From: Perkinsus chesapeaki ATCC PRA-425
Taxonomy: Eukaryota > Protista > Perkinsozoa
Length of the DNA: 64,000 nucleotides
NCBI GenBank assembly: GCA_013115145.1
Contig: JAAPAO010000090.1
Coordinates: 1-64,000 of the forward strand
Direction: 5' to 3'
The translations under genes and the position numbers were made by a program. Positions within the stretch are counted from its first letter, which is position 1; every line of letters starts with the position of its first letter. Below are positions 36,601 through 48,909 of this stretch, one piece after another. The notes under the pieces were generated by a model. That model was not told where the DNA came from. It saw nothing but the letters and a program-made list of their open reading frames with translations, and searched no databases.

Positions 36601-36659
36601 CACACTAGTGCCATTGAAAAACAAACTATTTTCGCCAAAATTACACTCCTACAATCCAT
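33614..36659 (-). CDS. Pepsin-like (A1) aspartic protease with hydrophobic leader and C-terminal extension
   Basis: [31 protein letters not shown] (first DTG, about 35940), flap [22 protein letters not shown] (second DTG, about 34885) and [16 protein letters not shown]. Both ends are approximate. Confidence 0.88.
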
Positions 36660-36765
36660 GCCCTACGGATTGACAAGCACTAAATCCGCAAGCCGTCTGT
36701 CCTGTCCCGAAGAAACTCTAATAGAGCAGCATCCCTTCAGACAATGACCATCTTATCGTTCCTTC

Positions 36766-37217
36766 TTACTCGAGAGCAGTGAGAATATCGGAGTCACCGG
36801 CGTCGAGGATAGCCATGCACGAGACACGGTAGAACCTACGGCAGGCGGTACCGAGGGCATTGTTGTCACCGACGTAGTGGTGGACGCCAGTCTTGGAGAG
36901 CATGGCGTAGTACTCAATCTCGGAACGACGAAGAGCAGGGCAGTTGCTCGACACCAAGACGAGCTTGGCAGAACCGGAACGGATGGCCTAAAATGCACAC
37001 ACTTGAAGGACAGGCTAAGGGAAGGGGACACTACCTTCATGGTGGACCTCCAACCAATGGTGTACTTTCCGGACTTGAGAACGAGCTGCAAGCCGGCGTT
37101 AACGGACTCATGAGCCTTAGTCTAAAAAAATAGAAATGGTGACAAGAGGAACATGAAGGAGCCAGCATTCATCTCCCGCTAGTCGCCGCCCGGGCATACC
37201 TGCTTCTTGGACACCAT
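36766..37217 (-). CDS. RPL30: 60S ribosomal protein L30 (eL30)
   Basis: MVSKKQ|..[19 protein letters not shown]|..[56 protein letters not shown]. Confidence 0.96.
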
Positions 37218-38078
37218 ATTAAGAGATGCTTCGAGGGTGCTTCCTGAGAAAGAAGACCGACATTAGTCATCTCAAAAGTGTCATCCACAGGGTGCGAAAA
37301 CGACAACAACGGCAGAAGAGATGAGGAACCAACGTTCGCTTCTTACCCGCAAGGTTTCTTGAGGAGGTTTAGTCAAGGGCTCGCGCGAGATTCTCAAAGG
37401 GCTATCGATCGCGCAATCGATTATCAACTCTTGAAATTCTTGAACAATCTTGCTCTCTTTACTTTCCCTAATGAGATGTTTGCCTTTGCGCACCTTTGCC
37501 CCTGTCTCCGACTAGAGGCTCCTCCTCGGGCCCTCTCGCCTATCACTGAACCACCCCGTCATGCTCAATATGACGATCGACCGGGAAGCACAGTCTCGGG
37601 CGAAATTGAAGTCAGCAAGATCGAGTAGGAATATATTTTCGATGTTTTGGATTTTAAGCTAGAGCTTGCCGGTGACATTCCTCAACAGTGGGCTCTGATA
37701 GCGTCCTTAGTTCAGCATTAGTGTCTGTATTAGGCGTTCTCTTCTGTAAGGTCGTATTCTTAAGTAGCTCCGCTTTCGTCACGTCACACCTTTCGGGGGA
37801 GCTTCTGAGTTCATTAAGCTTCATTCTTTTAAAGTAGTAGCTGCAAGTAATCACCGAATATTCTCCTTTACTCGAACACTATCGAAAATGCCGTTGTTGT
37901 CCTACCCTCGTCATCTCCACTACAGAGTCGACTGGTGCTTCATCGAGCAAAATTCAACCTGATATCTTGCATGTTCATTATTATGGTGCACGTACCGCGG
38001 CTCTCATAAGATCTTATACTCCATTCGGCACTGTTTCTTATCAGGCCCTCCTTTCAACACTCTAGGGGCTGTATCGTC

Positions 38079-38614
38079 ATGGGTGACAGTTCTGTCATTG
38101 GCTCATGTGAAGATTGCCAGTCTATAGACACCGACCAGTCTCGTCGAATCAGGTTTGTTGAAAGTTATTCTCTTTTATCACTTCTGACCTCTTCAGCGTC
38201 TTATCGTTCCACGGATACCGATCCCCTACAGGGAAGCTGTCTGATTGTGTATCAGTTGACTGCGAGGAGGAGAAAGGCACAACCGCTGTGCCGACAGCTT
38301 GCTCGAGCCCCACCGGTCACGTGCACGCTCGTACGGAGGATTCCCCTACAGATGAACACTTTGGATTTTTCGTATCGATTGCTCACTCGGAAGCTTCGCC
38401 AATAAAGGCTGGTACTGTTGCCGGTGACGATAGCGTTGTTGATTACGTTGATGAGCATGGCAATCCTGAGGAACAACGCGTCCCTCTGGGAGTCTTTTCG
38501 GTTGGAGCTTCGACGTTCGGCTACCACAGGGCCCAGCAGCTGCAGACGCGCCTCGCTGGCATTATTATGACCGAGCCCAGCCGGCCGCCTTGGAGCAATA
38601 TGCTGGAGCGATAA
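38079..38614 (+). CDS. Hypothetical protein (3' exons; start unresolved)
   Basis: The exon ORF 38288-38614 has a protein-like composition, and there is an upstream exon candidate. No family recognised. Confidence 0.35.
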
Positions 38615-39115
38615 GGAGAATGTAGTATGCTGTAATTCGCTAACATGGGAGAAATATAAGTAATTATTTCATCAATTCTGATGACGCATACGTGTTGAGT
38701 ATTGTTTGGATTATTTATGTTGTTGCTTCCCTCCAGTGGTGTTGATTATTATAATGGCCCTCTCGTGGTTGATAAGGTTAACGGTATTTTTGTACGCAGT
38801 ATCGTGCGCATCCGGTTGGATCGGAACATCGACACCTCTCGCCGGGCTGGGTTATGATGTATTGATGCCCCCCAGTGTTCCGCCGTCTCTGCCGCAGCTG
38901 CAGCAGCTGCTCGAGTCTGAGCAGCATGTTTCCAATCTCTCAGATGGTCCCATGTCGGAGGGTGTTATGATGCCCAGTCCGACGGCACTATTTGTTATTG
39001 CTATTGTAGCTGTGTACTGCAGTGACCTGTTCTTTGGAGAGAGCTCTTCTTCAACGTCACCCTCATCTTCATCGGCCTATCAGGGTGATCATCAATCGGT
39101 AGGGGTTTATACTCC

Positions 39116-41624
39116 TTACTCTACTGGAGCGGATACGGTGCTTGGGTCGTCTACTCCAATGTGGCAGCAGCTGCAGCAGTCATCGATACGCAGTTGAATG
39201 TTGGTGATGAGGCCCTTGTGCCAGAGGGGCTCCTCATAATCTGATTTAATAACAAGTTCGATAAGTACACTAGTAACATAATTCTTGTAAGCTGTTAATG
39301 AACTCCTTCGATCACTACTCTTCAATTGTATCCTTGCTATACTACTACTACGACAAGACTGCTCAGGTCATTGTTTGCCGTCTCTTCGTAGTTCATATTC
39401 ATCAATACCATTATTTCCCCCAAGTTCCTGGCTTTCTAACAAGCTTTATCCGTTTGTTGGTAGCATTGGTCCCTATGAGCCTGTGAGCTCCTTCTCGCCT
39501 TTATCTGTATCGTTCTATTTAATCCCCGCTTAAGGCTACATTCCCCCTCGAAATCTCGTATTGGTTTCGTTAAGGTTGCTCATCGCTGCATGTTGCTGCA
39601 CGACTGATTCTTTCCCTCCAACTGTTATCTCTACTTCCCTACAATTGCCCTAATTATTATGATGGTAATGACTGTGGTCGTCACTTTAAAGTCCACTCCT
39701 ACTAATGCACCCCTCAATTTACCCTATTGCATGATGCTGTAGCTCGCTTATTATTATTGTCGTCTTGGTCATTTGTCGTATTATCACGGGACATGGTAGT
39801 AGTAGTGCTGAGGTGGCTGATGTCGAATTGCTAATATATCGTCTACTTGTTCACTATAATTTTTGCATCATCTCTGCATACCGCCTTGGTGTCGTTAACA
39901 ACAGCAACAACAACTTACCATCGGCCTGCTGGATTGGTAACAAGTGCTCACTGACGAGGTGGTTAATATTGGCAATGTGTTATTATTGCGTCACTGCCCA
40001 AGAATTAGGCCTGTACCGCACTGTAGCCCTACAGCCTTTTTACTATATCTGTAGCATATATACCGTCATTATAGTCATTTATCTTGTGTTGATATCACAG
40101 TTTGTCAAACCAACTAAGGGAACTCAAAACAGAAAGTTGAAAGGCAATATATTATATCATCATGCGGACTAGGCTTCACCGAGGTAGCCCAGAAGATCCT
40201 TGAATAAAGCATCCGCGTCATCTTCGACCTTGGAGCTCGAATCAAATGGCTGACTTGGGTCTGTTGAGCCTGCTATATTATTGTTGATAAACAGAAACAT
40301 CGAAGGTACCTAGGTTAACCTCGACGGGATCTAACGGTTTCACGTCATCACGGCTAGGATCTTCCGCAGAGCCTTCATGAGTAATGCCCACCCTATACAA
40401 GATAATGACGCATGATTTACCCGTACGCAAAAGGACGTGGCATTAAGTACGATGCCGCCGGCTCCAATGGCAATCTTTCCGGTAGGGGAGAGCTGATCGT
40501 TATTGATTCCTCTGCAACGGTCTTCACCATATCCTTCGTATCTATAAAGGATCATAACACACGGGCTTGCCGGCTGGACCGCTCGGGTGGCGCACCAGCC
40601 AGATATGCGGGTGAATCCGGCTGCTGGGAGATCGAATATGACGGTTCGACAAGGCTCCTAATCGGGAGGCATGTCTCCATGTTACCGGTTTCCGCCGCGG
40701 ATTCCCCTAGATTCCCCAGCGCGCCCTCCTCCTGATCTTTGTCTTTAACTCGCGCTTCGGCTTCGACCATACATCTGGCCACTTCACGCCGGCGCGCATC
40801 CACCAGGTTAGCTCGCAACTGAGCGATCTCGTCTGATTAGGACGCTAAAAATATCTGTATGTCATTCCTTTACCTTGTCGTCGATCCTCCATAACAAAGC
40901 CCTGGCTACTATAACTGCTGCTGCATTCTCGCCAGGGTCGAGCCAGGACCTCCGCTACTTTCCTCTTCTCATCAACCGCCAGTTGTTTTGCTTGGTGGAC
41001 CGCTCTAAAGGGTCGCCGCCGAAAAATACAAAACCTCTGTCTACCGGTCTTCCACAATTGGCTCAAAGTGTTGTTCTTGCTGAGCTTCCGCCCGTCGACG
41101 TTCCTGTCTTGCGGCCATGTCATTTAAGCTCGAGATTAAGTGTCCTTCACAACATACCATCGTAACTACTCCATCAATGAGCACTACGTTGTCCGCAAGG
41201 CGGCAGTTCTCTAATCTCTTCACTGCTATTCAATACTTCCGGTGAGTTCCTCGGATTCAGTAGCATCTCTGCTACTCCGACGTTGCTGCAAAACTAGACA
41301 ATTAGGTCGGTTGAGGTCTTGGCGGTACTCGATGGGTATGTCTTCGATTAGGCCAGCGTGTGCTAAGTTCTTCCCCTGCTCTTCTGCTTGGGGTACCAGG
41401 CGTCGTGTCGCCATCGCTGGCGTCTCTCGGCAGTCATTCTCAATACGGCTGTTGTCTAAGCTTTGTTTCGTAGCCGAACTCGCAATAGCGTGACCTCTGT
41501 TCGACACGTAATCGTTCGCACCGGGAAACCTAACCATTTCCCTTCCTTGCTTAAGTCCCTTCGCTAGCTGCTGGGGCGTCATTCTCTGATCAGCTCCAGG
41601 TGGGCGATTCGGTACGGGTGCCAT
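39116..41624 (-). CDS. Hypothetical multi-exon protein (possibly more than one gene)
   Basis: A chain of minus-strand ORF segments with GT-AG borders: 41226-41624, 40845-41123, 40552-40818, and further exon candidates at 39.1-40.0 kb. Confidence 0.4.
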
Positions 41625-41810
41625 TGACTAGTGAGTGAACACTAGGTGTCATATACTTTATTTATTAAGTGTAAGGCACGTTCTCTGCTCTGAGTCCGTT
41701 GCAGAGGGCGATTCACTGTACGCAAGCCTATGATTCTCAACCTTATACATCATTAATGCAATTACAGCAACAATAAGTGCAAACAACTAATGGTAAGGTA
41801 TGTGACAACA

Positions 41811-42518
41811 TTACCACCTATCGTAGTAGTAACTGCTTTCGTGTTCATATCTCGTAGTTGAGAGGCCAGATTCATTAGCTGTACGTGAGCTATAGAAGGC
41901 TGGGCGTAAAGACTGTGTGGCTCGTCGACGGCCAGAGTCATAGAGCAGTGTCGATTCTGATGGGTCCTTGTGTGGCGCGAATTGATACACAACGTCATCT
42001 CGTGCGTCACGTCTGGGCAGGGATCCGGCTAATGCGGGGCTCCGATAACTGGTGAAGGTATGGTGATCGGGGTTAGTGTATGATCGCGGTCGGAACGTGT
42101 GATCTAGCGCTCGATGGAGTGGTGCTTGAATGATGATATCAGGAGGAGCTAGGACGCTGCTAGCTCTCTTTAAGTGATACGGCGTCGTGACCTCTATATG
42201 CCTTTCAACCTTGTAGTGACCGTCATCGCCGTAAACAATATCTTCTTCGCGGTCAACTTCAAACACCTCATGTTTGCGAGGGCTTGGTGGATCCCAATGA
42301 GACATTCGACCTTGTAGTTCAGCAGCTATATTATGATGCAAGTCACGGATTATCATGTCCGTGGTTAGCCGTCGGTCGAGCGCGCTTGCCCGGTGCTGAG
42401 AGCGCCTCGACGTACCTTCCGAAGTCGATGGCTTCCCACTACCACCAACAGGGGCGCCTCTGTCATGCTCGTAACTGGGACTCATTCGGTGTTGTTGTGG
42501 ATGCTCACGTTGCGACAC
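41811..42518 (-). CDS. Intronless 235-aa hypothetical hydrophilic protein
   Basis: Uninterrupted ORF from ATG, rich in Ser/Arg/His, flanked by AT-rich intergenic-looking DNA. Confidence 0.6.
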   Translation of the reverse strand: MSQREHPQQHRMSPSYEHDRGAPVGGSGKPSTSEGTSRRSQHRASALDRRLTTDMIIRDLHHNIAAELQGRMSHWDPPSPRKHEVFEVDREEDIVYGDDGHYKVERHIEVTTPYHLKRASSVLAPPDIIIQAPLHRALDHTFRPRSYTNPDHHTFTSYRSPALAGSLPRRDARDDVVYQFAPHKDPSESTLLYDSGRRRATQSLRPAFYSSRTANESGLSTTRYEHESSYYYDRW

Positions 42519-43151
42519 AGAACCGTATGATACGTTGGAGCTGGAACTCGAGAACTGGTCTTCCTCACGCGCTGAAAATATAAATTCATATACACTTAGT
42601 CGTATACCCGTAAGGCAAGCAGATAAGGCAAGTGACGGGAATTGGAGGCAAATCGCGAGAGAGGTTGTAGCCGAGAAGCATTGCGTGGCAATTTTTGATT
42701 GTTTCGTACAAATTTATAGTTAGCATTTCACCTTACAGTTGGGTTCAGTTTTGCCTTGTGTATATTTGTTATCGCCGTTATCTTCTCCCTCCTTATCTTT
42801 ATCGGATGGACAGCAACAGTTACCCATGACAAATTCACCGAATCAATACGGAAAATATGGATCTTGCGCTCTTAGTAGCGCGCGCCGATAAACTCAAGAT
42901 CTTGAATAGACGACCTCTTCCGAAGCCGAAGCGCTCCTAGGAGCGCGCTCCAATTCAGGAGAGCCCTATTGACCACCCTGTCTGAACCGTGCAGGAGCCA
43001 CGTCCTTATGATGAAGCTTCCTTAAACTTTTATTAGCATTAGGACACATGCCGCTGGGGGAGCCCGCCGCGCAAGAATGGATACCGGGAGTACATTGCCG
43101 TCCTCTTCGATAGCAACATCCACTCGTTTACGTCTAATGACTCTAGAGTTT

Positions 43152-44496
43152 ATGTTTCGTAGTCTCTCCCCGTCGACCATGTCCCTTCTCTACACCGTTG
43201 ACCCACTCACATCGACGTTTGGGGGTGTGGTGACCGGGGGGTTTTCTATCGATGATGCTGCAGATGCTGATGATGAACTTATTGAGAAAATAAGAGCCGA
43301 CATTCATAAGTACAGGTTCCTGTTATTTCGGAAACAGAAGGATCTCACTGGCGAGCGCCAGGTAGTGACGTTCCGTGGCAACCAGAGATGGAGGGCCACA
43401 CCCGCCTTACGGGTCGGATCGGCTCGCTCAAGTAGGAGGCTTCTGCGACGAACCGTGGATCGACGACGTTTTATTCGTCCTAGGCAGTCTGATTGTAAAC
43501 CAAGTGTGGCTTGTGCAGACCGGAGATGCCAGCATTCGTCCTTTAATTCTTTCTGTGGTTAGGTAGCGTTCTCCCAGAGATTAGGGAGCATAGAGTCTAC
43601 CTTTTATAAGCACCCTAAGTCCCCTCATAAGGACATCTTCCGAGTCTCGAACGAAGAAAGCGTTGGGTGCACTCAAGTCGGTAGGAGTGGGTGGCATGTC
43701 GACGGCACCTTCCTGCAAATGTAGCCATAGTCAAGTCTACAAGTGGTACAGGTTACTCTCATAGGCCCTTCCGTTATCAAACGATGTACTTTCCCAAAGC
43801 GAGTTCGACGGGATTCACCGAGCTAGTACCGCTGAAGGAACTATTTGAGCAGCAGAACGCTGAGCGCCAGGATCGATGGAACAGGTGCTGCCAGCGGCAC
43901 ATCGCATTTGCTTGGTAAATGTGCGTTTTGATACTATGGGATTCGCGAGGACGGATTCTTTGATGAGCGCTCTTAGTATGGAAAAACAGTGTTATCCGCA
44001 GGGCATGGTTCGTGAGCGATAATGGTCGGATCGTTCACCCTCTAGTGTACAAGCATCCAACCACAGGCTACACTACTATGATCTTCCATTGTGGCAGAGT
44101 AAGCCTTATTCGATGAAGTGCTAAGCAGCATTCGTGGTTCATTTAGCCGTTCTGTGCATGCTGGGTCATGGACTACAGTCCCGACACTCGCCCTAGTGAG
44201 GATCAAATACTTCCACCATCTGAGCTCCAAAATGAGATAACTCAATCCATTCAGGAGTCACGTTCGAGGAACCTCGTGTACTGCTGCCGCAGCAGCGACG
44301 CATGTAGCTGACCATCGTATTGTGTAGGTACACAATGAAATGGGAAGAAGGCGATTTTGGCATACTAGACAACCTAGCCCTGGCGCACTATGCCGTTCCG
44401 GGCACTCAGGATCCAGCCTCTGAAGTCGGCCTACGTATTCTACACCGCACTACAATTGAGGGAGAGTCCATCCCACGAAAGAGCCGCAAATCTTAA
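43152..44496 (+). CDS. TauD/TfdA-family Fe(II)/2-oxoglutarate dioxygenase
   Basis: YTVDPLTSTFGGVVTG..KYRFLLFRKQKDLTGERQ, the HxD motif GWHVDGTF, HPLVYKHP, KWEEGDFGILDNLALAHYA (distal His) and RILHRTTIEG. Confidence 0.88.
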
Positions 44497-45341
44497 AGCT
44501 ATACCTAGTGAGCGTTGTGCCCACCTGTACTGTTATTACTGATGTTTCATGAACGTATGAGTTATTCGGTTCATAGTAAAAGCAGTAAATCTATTGAAGC
44601 ACTGATAGAGCACATGCATCGAGAAATAAGACGGACAGTTAGGGGCACCTGCAACACAGCTGTCAAGTGACTTCATCAACGTGTAGCTAGCCTCCTTTCA
44701 AGTAGGGCTAATTCCAGTAGGGGTCACGGTGACCAGTGGGGCCGCGCGCCGTGGGAGCAGGCAGCGTGAGACAGGCGGTACTATAGCACAACCAGACTGA
44801 TTATTATCCACCACATTCTGGTTCCCTCCTCCCCCTCAACTCCCCCGACACGAGCACTAATAGGCATTACGGTACAGCTATATACAATGAATGGACAATA
44901 TATACAATGAGCAGATAGAACTACAAAATAGTAACGAGGGGCAAATAAGAGATAGGCAGGTTTGCCGATACGTCACTGTGTGCTGGAGTCTTGTACCCAT
45001 CTCGTAATCTACCATCTCACACGTCACGACGATCGCGCGCCATCTCGCCATCGTAACTGCTTTGTAAGGCTCCTTTGTGCGCCACCAGATGTAGGCACGT
45101 TGTGTGCCACAATGTCAGTGTTAGTCTCAATTATCTTGTCTGATGAGTATCGATTAACATGGAGTGCGCTTATTATTGTAGCGTCAGTGGTTACTCCATA
45201 GTTGTACGTATGTACACAATTATACTCGCCTAATCACAGCCTGTTGCGCTCCTGGTACTCGGACGGCTAATCGAGCTACTATCAGTGACATCAGCTGTAG
45301 CTAGGAAACACTCGTTTACGAATCGTAGGATTCTGCCCATT

Positions 45342-47900
45342 ATGGCACTCAAAGCGCCGGCGATCATGTTACTCCTCGCGTGCCGTCTAATCGCGGTTAG
45401 CAGTCTCTGCGATGATAGGGTGAAACAGATATTCGGATATTTAAAGGGAGCATCTGATGCTCAGTAATTCTATGTTCCACGAGTTCTCAGTGTAGGTGTG
45501 TATCTGTTCAGACTATTCCGCTGGTTCTTCGAGTCCCGCGAGAAGCCGCTAACAAGTCCTATTCTCATATATTTCCAGGGGGGTCCCGGAGCTAGTAGCA
45601 TGATTTCAGCCGTTTCGGGTAATGGTGGACCGTGCATTCTTAATACTAAGGGTGATGATACATCTGTGAATAAGTAAGCTACAATGGAAAATCGCTGCAT
45701 CTCTACTTGTTTTATGCACATGGCAAGACCGTCGTCATAATCAGGTATTCTTACAACACATTCGCCAACGTTATGTACATTGATCAGCCTGCGCCAGTGG
45801 GCTTCAGCAAAGGGACAACGCCAGAGGGAGATGTTGAGACCGCCAAATCGACGTACCTTGCTAGTAGACTTCCACTGACGTCATTTGTTCTCTGTCGCAG
45901 TCTCCATGCGTTGGAGGCATTTTTCAGTAAATATCGGTCGTATAATACGCGTGTTATCCTAATAGGCCAGTCCTATGCAGGTAGTCACAGCGCTTCCTGG
46001 ATGAATCCCGTACCTTATTAACGTCTTGCATCGAGGTCATTGTCAGGGCATTTCATCCCAGCTTTGGCTCAGCTGGCAGTGAAGAGGAAGTCATCGATAA
46101 ATTTGAAAGGCCTCATTCTTGGGAATGGCTGGGTTAATCCCGAGCCTCTGTGAGTTCGTGGGGCAATGAAGCAGCACTGTATCATTCTCAGGATCCGCTC
46201 AATGCCCATAATGGCGTATAAGAGTAACACAGCCCCAATCGTCATTACGGAAAAAGAGTCCGTGTTATTAGGAGGAACGCTCCTTCACGCTCTCGTCAGG
46301 TTTGATACTTTGACCGAATGTATCCCAGGGTTACTCGGAAATATTTCTGATTGCGTCAGTCAGAAGCTCAAGGAGGTATGCGAAGGCGCACGAAAATTAT
46401 TTCGTGAACAGATGCTTGATCGTATTCGAGACAAGGATATTGATCAGTAGGTCGCAGAGCGCAGTTCTGACTCCAGTTTTCGACTTCTCAATTGCTTCCC
46501 TTAGGTTCGACCTACGACGTCGGTGCACTGAGCCAAAACCGGCATGTCGGTATATTGAAAATGTGAGTGAGGAACGTGTATGCCGTCGGCTATGCCGAGC
46601 CGGCTCTACGGCTCGTTCACTTCTAGACACTCGGAGCATCACGCAGTAGTTTCTCGCCATTTGTTGGACAACACGGTTCCGTATCTTGAGAGAATGGTTT
46701 TCATAGTATCCTGGGCTCATGCAACTTCCTGTATCTAACATTAGTTGTTACGATAACTTGTAGCAAGCGCTCGCGAACGGTGTCAGTTTGATGACATAGA
46801 CAAGAGTAGGTATGTTGGCTCCTAGATTAGTATGCGATTCTTTTGTACCCAAGAGACTCTACTCCTGCATAGTGAAACTCATATGACGAGTCTCGTCCCT
46901 CCCTCGGTTTTTGTTATTCTCTTTTGTTGGCAGTTCAAGACGTACTTTGACAGCCCTAAAGTTCAGGGGTATCTCAAGGTGGATAAGACCTGGCTATATG
47001 CCAACAACTCTGTAGGTTACCGTTTCTAAGCTTTCCTGTACGGCATAGTGTATGTGATAGTCCTCAGTCGGAAAATATTGCTTCCTCCTTCTCAGGTAAT
47101 TGATCACTTCGCCTATGACTATATGGTGGATTACAGTCCCGCTTTAGGATCACTGTTAGATGCGGGCCTCCGGGTATGTTGCTGCATTAACCCGTGGCGC
47201 TGAACTCGTGCAGCATTCCTCACAGCTACAATCAAGAAGCACTGTTTTCTTAAGTATTTTTGCTGCTCTTTTTTCGAAATGGCCTCTATAGTTGAATAAT
47301 GTGTTAGAGACACTCATTTTAAGGACTGTGTCGTAGTCCACGTAATCTGATGGTCTCATACGCATAGGTTGCGCCGTGTAACGTTGTGACTTTCTGTGTT
47401 GGATAATGTGATAGGTTCTACTATATGCCGGCGACCAGGACTACGTTTGTAATTGGATTGGAACCCGTCATGCGACTTTGAACATCCAGTGGAGCGGTCA
47501 AGACGGATTCAAAAGTGCCGAAGATGTTCCATATTATGTAAGAAGCACTATTGCTTCTTACTCCTGCTGGGGGTATCCCCAGCGACATGCCAAAACGCTA
47601 GTGTATATGGTCATCATTCAAGTCTACTATGCCTCTAGGAACTTGACTCGATTGTGTGATAAACCCTTCGAGATGTTTCCCTTCAGCTACCAGATGGAAG
47701 GGAGGTGGGCAAGTTGAGGAGGTTCGCTTCTGAACGCACAGGAGGGCAGCTCAGCTTTGCTCAAGTAGTGCTCCTTAGTCTACAGCCACTTTACTATCAT
47801 CACGTATCATTGGTGTCAGATTTATAAGGGAAGTCACTCTGCCGCGAAAGACGCTCCCGATGCGGTGCTCAAACTTGTCATGGATGTCGTTGCGAATTGA
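45342..47900 (+). CDS. Serine carboxypeptidase, family S10, with signal peptide
   Basis: Hydrophobic leader MALKAPAIMLLLAC, WFFESRE..YFQGGPGASSM, ANVMYIDQPAPVGFS, nucleophile GQSYAG, LKGLILGNGW, GDQDYVCNWIG and last exon IYKGSHSAAKDAP. Confidence 0.9.
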
Positions 47901-48513
47901 TGGCAATACGATGGCGAAGATCGGCAGCGACATCCGAAGACGAAATCTTTGACATAACCTTTTTTTATGTATCTTTCTAAAGAGCGCATGGTCTGGCTGA
48001 TTTTTCATTAGGTAGCCAGAGTTAGGATGTTCTATAGATGCAGGCGTTAATACACCTTTGCGAAGGCCTTCTTAACTTATAACAATAAAAAGGAACGAAA
48101 TTTGAAGACATATGACTTGTCCTGTTGTAGAAGAACTAGTTTCGGTTTGCTGGTAGCATCCGATTCACTAATGATGATTCACCATCAATTCTTTCTCACA
48201 TAATAGACTTTCAATCCCTTTGGCGTCAAGACCTTGCGTTGGGCCTTCAACCTTAATACTGCAGAAGGCAAATTCGGCAGTACGGCTCATTGTTCGGCCG
48301 CCGACAGGGCTGAGCGGAGCTCAGCTCGCATCAAACCTTGTTAAACGATATTACAGGGGCTTGGACCCACCGTCGAGGTCAAGTGACTGGCTTCAAGCTG
48401 GTAATGTACTAGCGCTGGCGAGGGCTAATCCTACCCCATCAGCTCCAAGGCACAAGGGCAAATTACTTCAGTGAAAGTCATGAACTATTAACAAGGAAGG
48501 AGTAAGAAGTCTA

Positions 48514-48645
48514 CACCATTGACCGGTCAAGTTTTTCTCAGTTAATTTAAACGGATCTTTTCCCGATTTAAAGATAGTTTAAAAAGCGAATCCGTTTCCG
48601 CGTCGTTTTTAAATTGATTGAAAAAAGCTTAACCTTGACCGGGTG
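48514..48645. mobile_element. Candidate MITE (non-autonomous fold-back element) flanked by TA
   Basis: Left end TA|CAC-CATTGA-CCGGTCAAG. The right end reverse-complements to TA|CAC-CCGGTCAAG. The AT-rich interior also has imperfect inverted similarity. 132 bp, no ORF. Confidence 0.5.
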
Positions 48646-48880
48646 TAGTAATGACAAGAAGAGCGGAAACAAACGACGAAACTCATCAGCACAGCGGAAC
48701 GCAGCATTATGATTCCAAATCACTATCTTGTGTTACGAAACTAGCGTAAACCGAGAGTAGAGTTGAACGCTCCACAATTGATGAGATTCCACAGGTGTCC
48801 ATATATGGAGCTCAGTTAGCATGCTTAAGCTAATAATCACGGTGAGTCAAACTATTTTACTAAGGTATGCTGAACCTCCG

Positions 48881-48909
48881 AGGCGGCTATAGAGTCTCTA
48901 TTGCCGCCT
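48881..48909. repeat. Near-perfect inverted repeat (13 of 14 bp)
   Basis: aggcggctatagag-t-ctctattgccgcct. Confidence 0.8.

Noticed and set aside
38706-39197. 163-aa plus-strand ORF with a signal-peptide-like start
   Set aside because: The minus strand here also carries exon-like segments continuing the 39.1-41.6 kb gene, so the strand cannot be decided without RNA data.
42931-42946. Perfect 16-bp palindrome gcgctcctaggagcgc
   Set aside because: About one such palindrome is expected by chance in 64 kb (64000/4^8).
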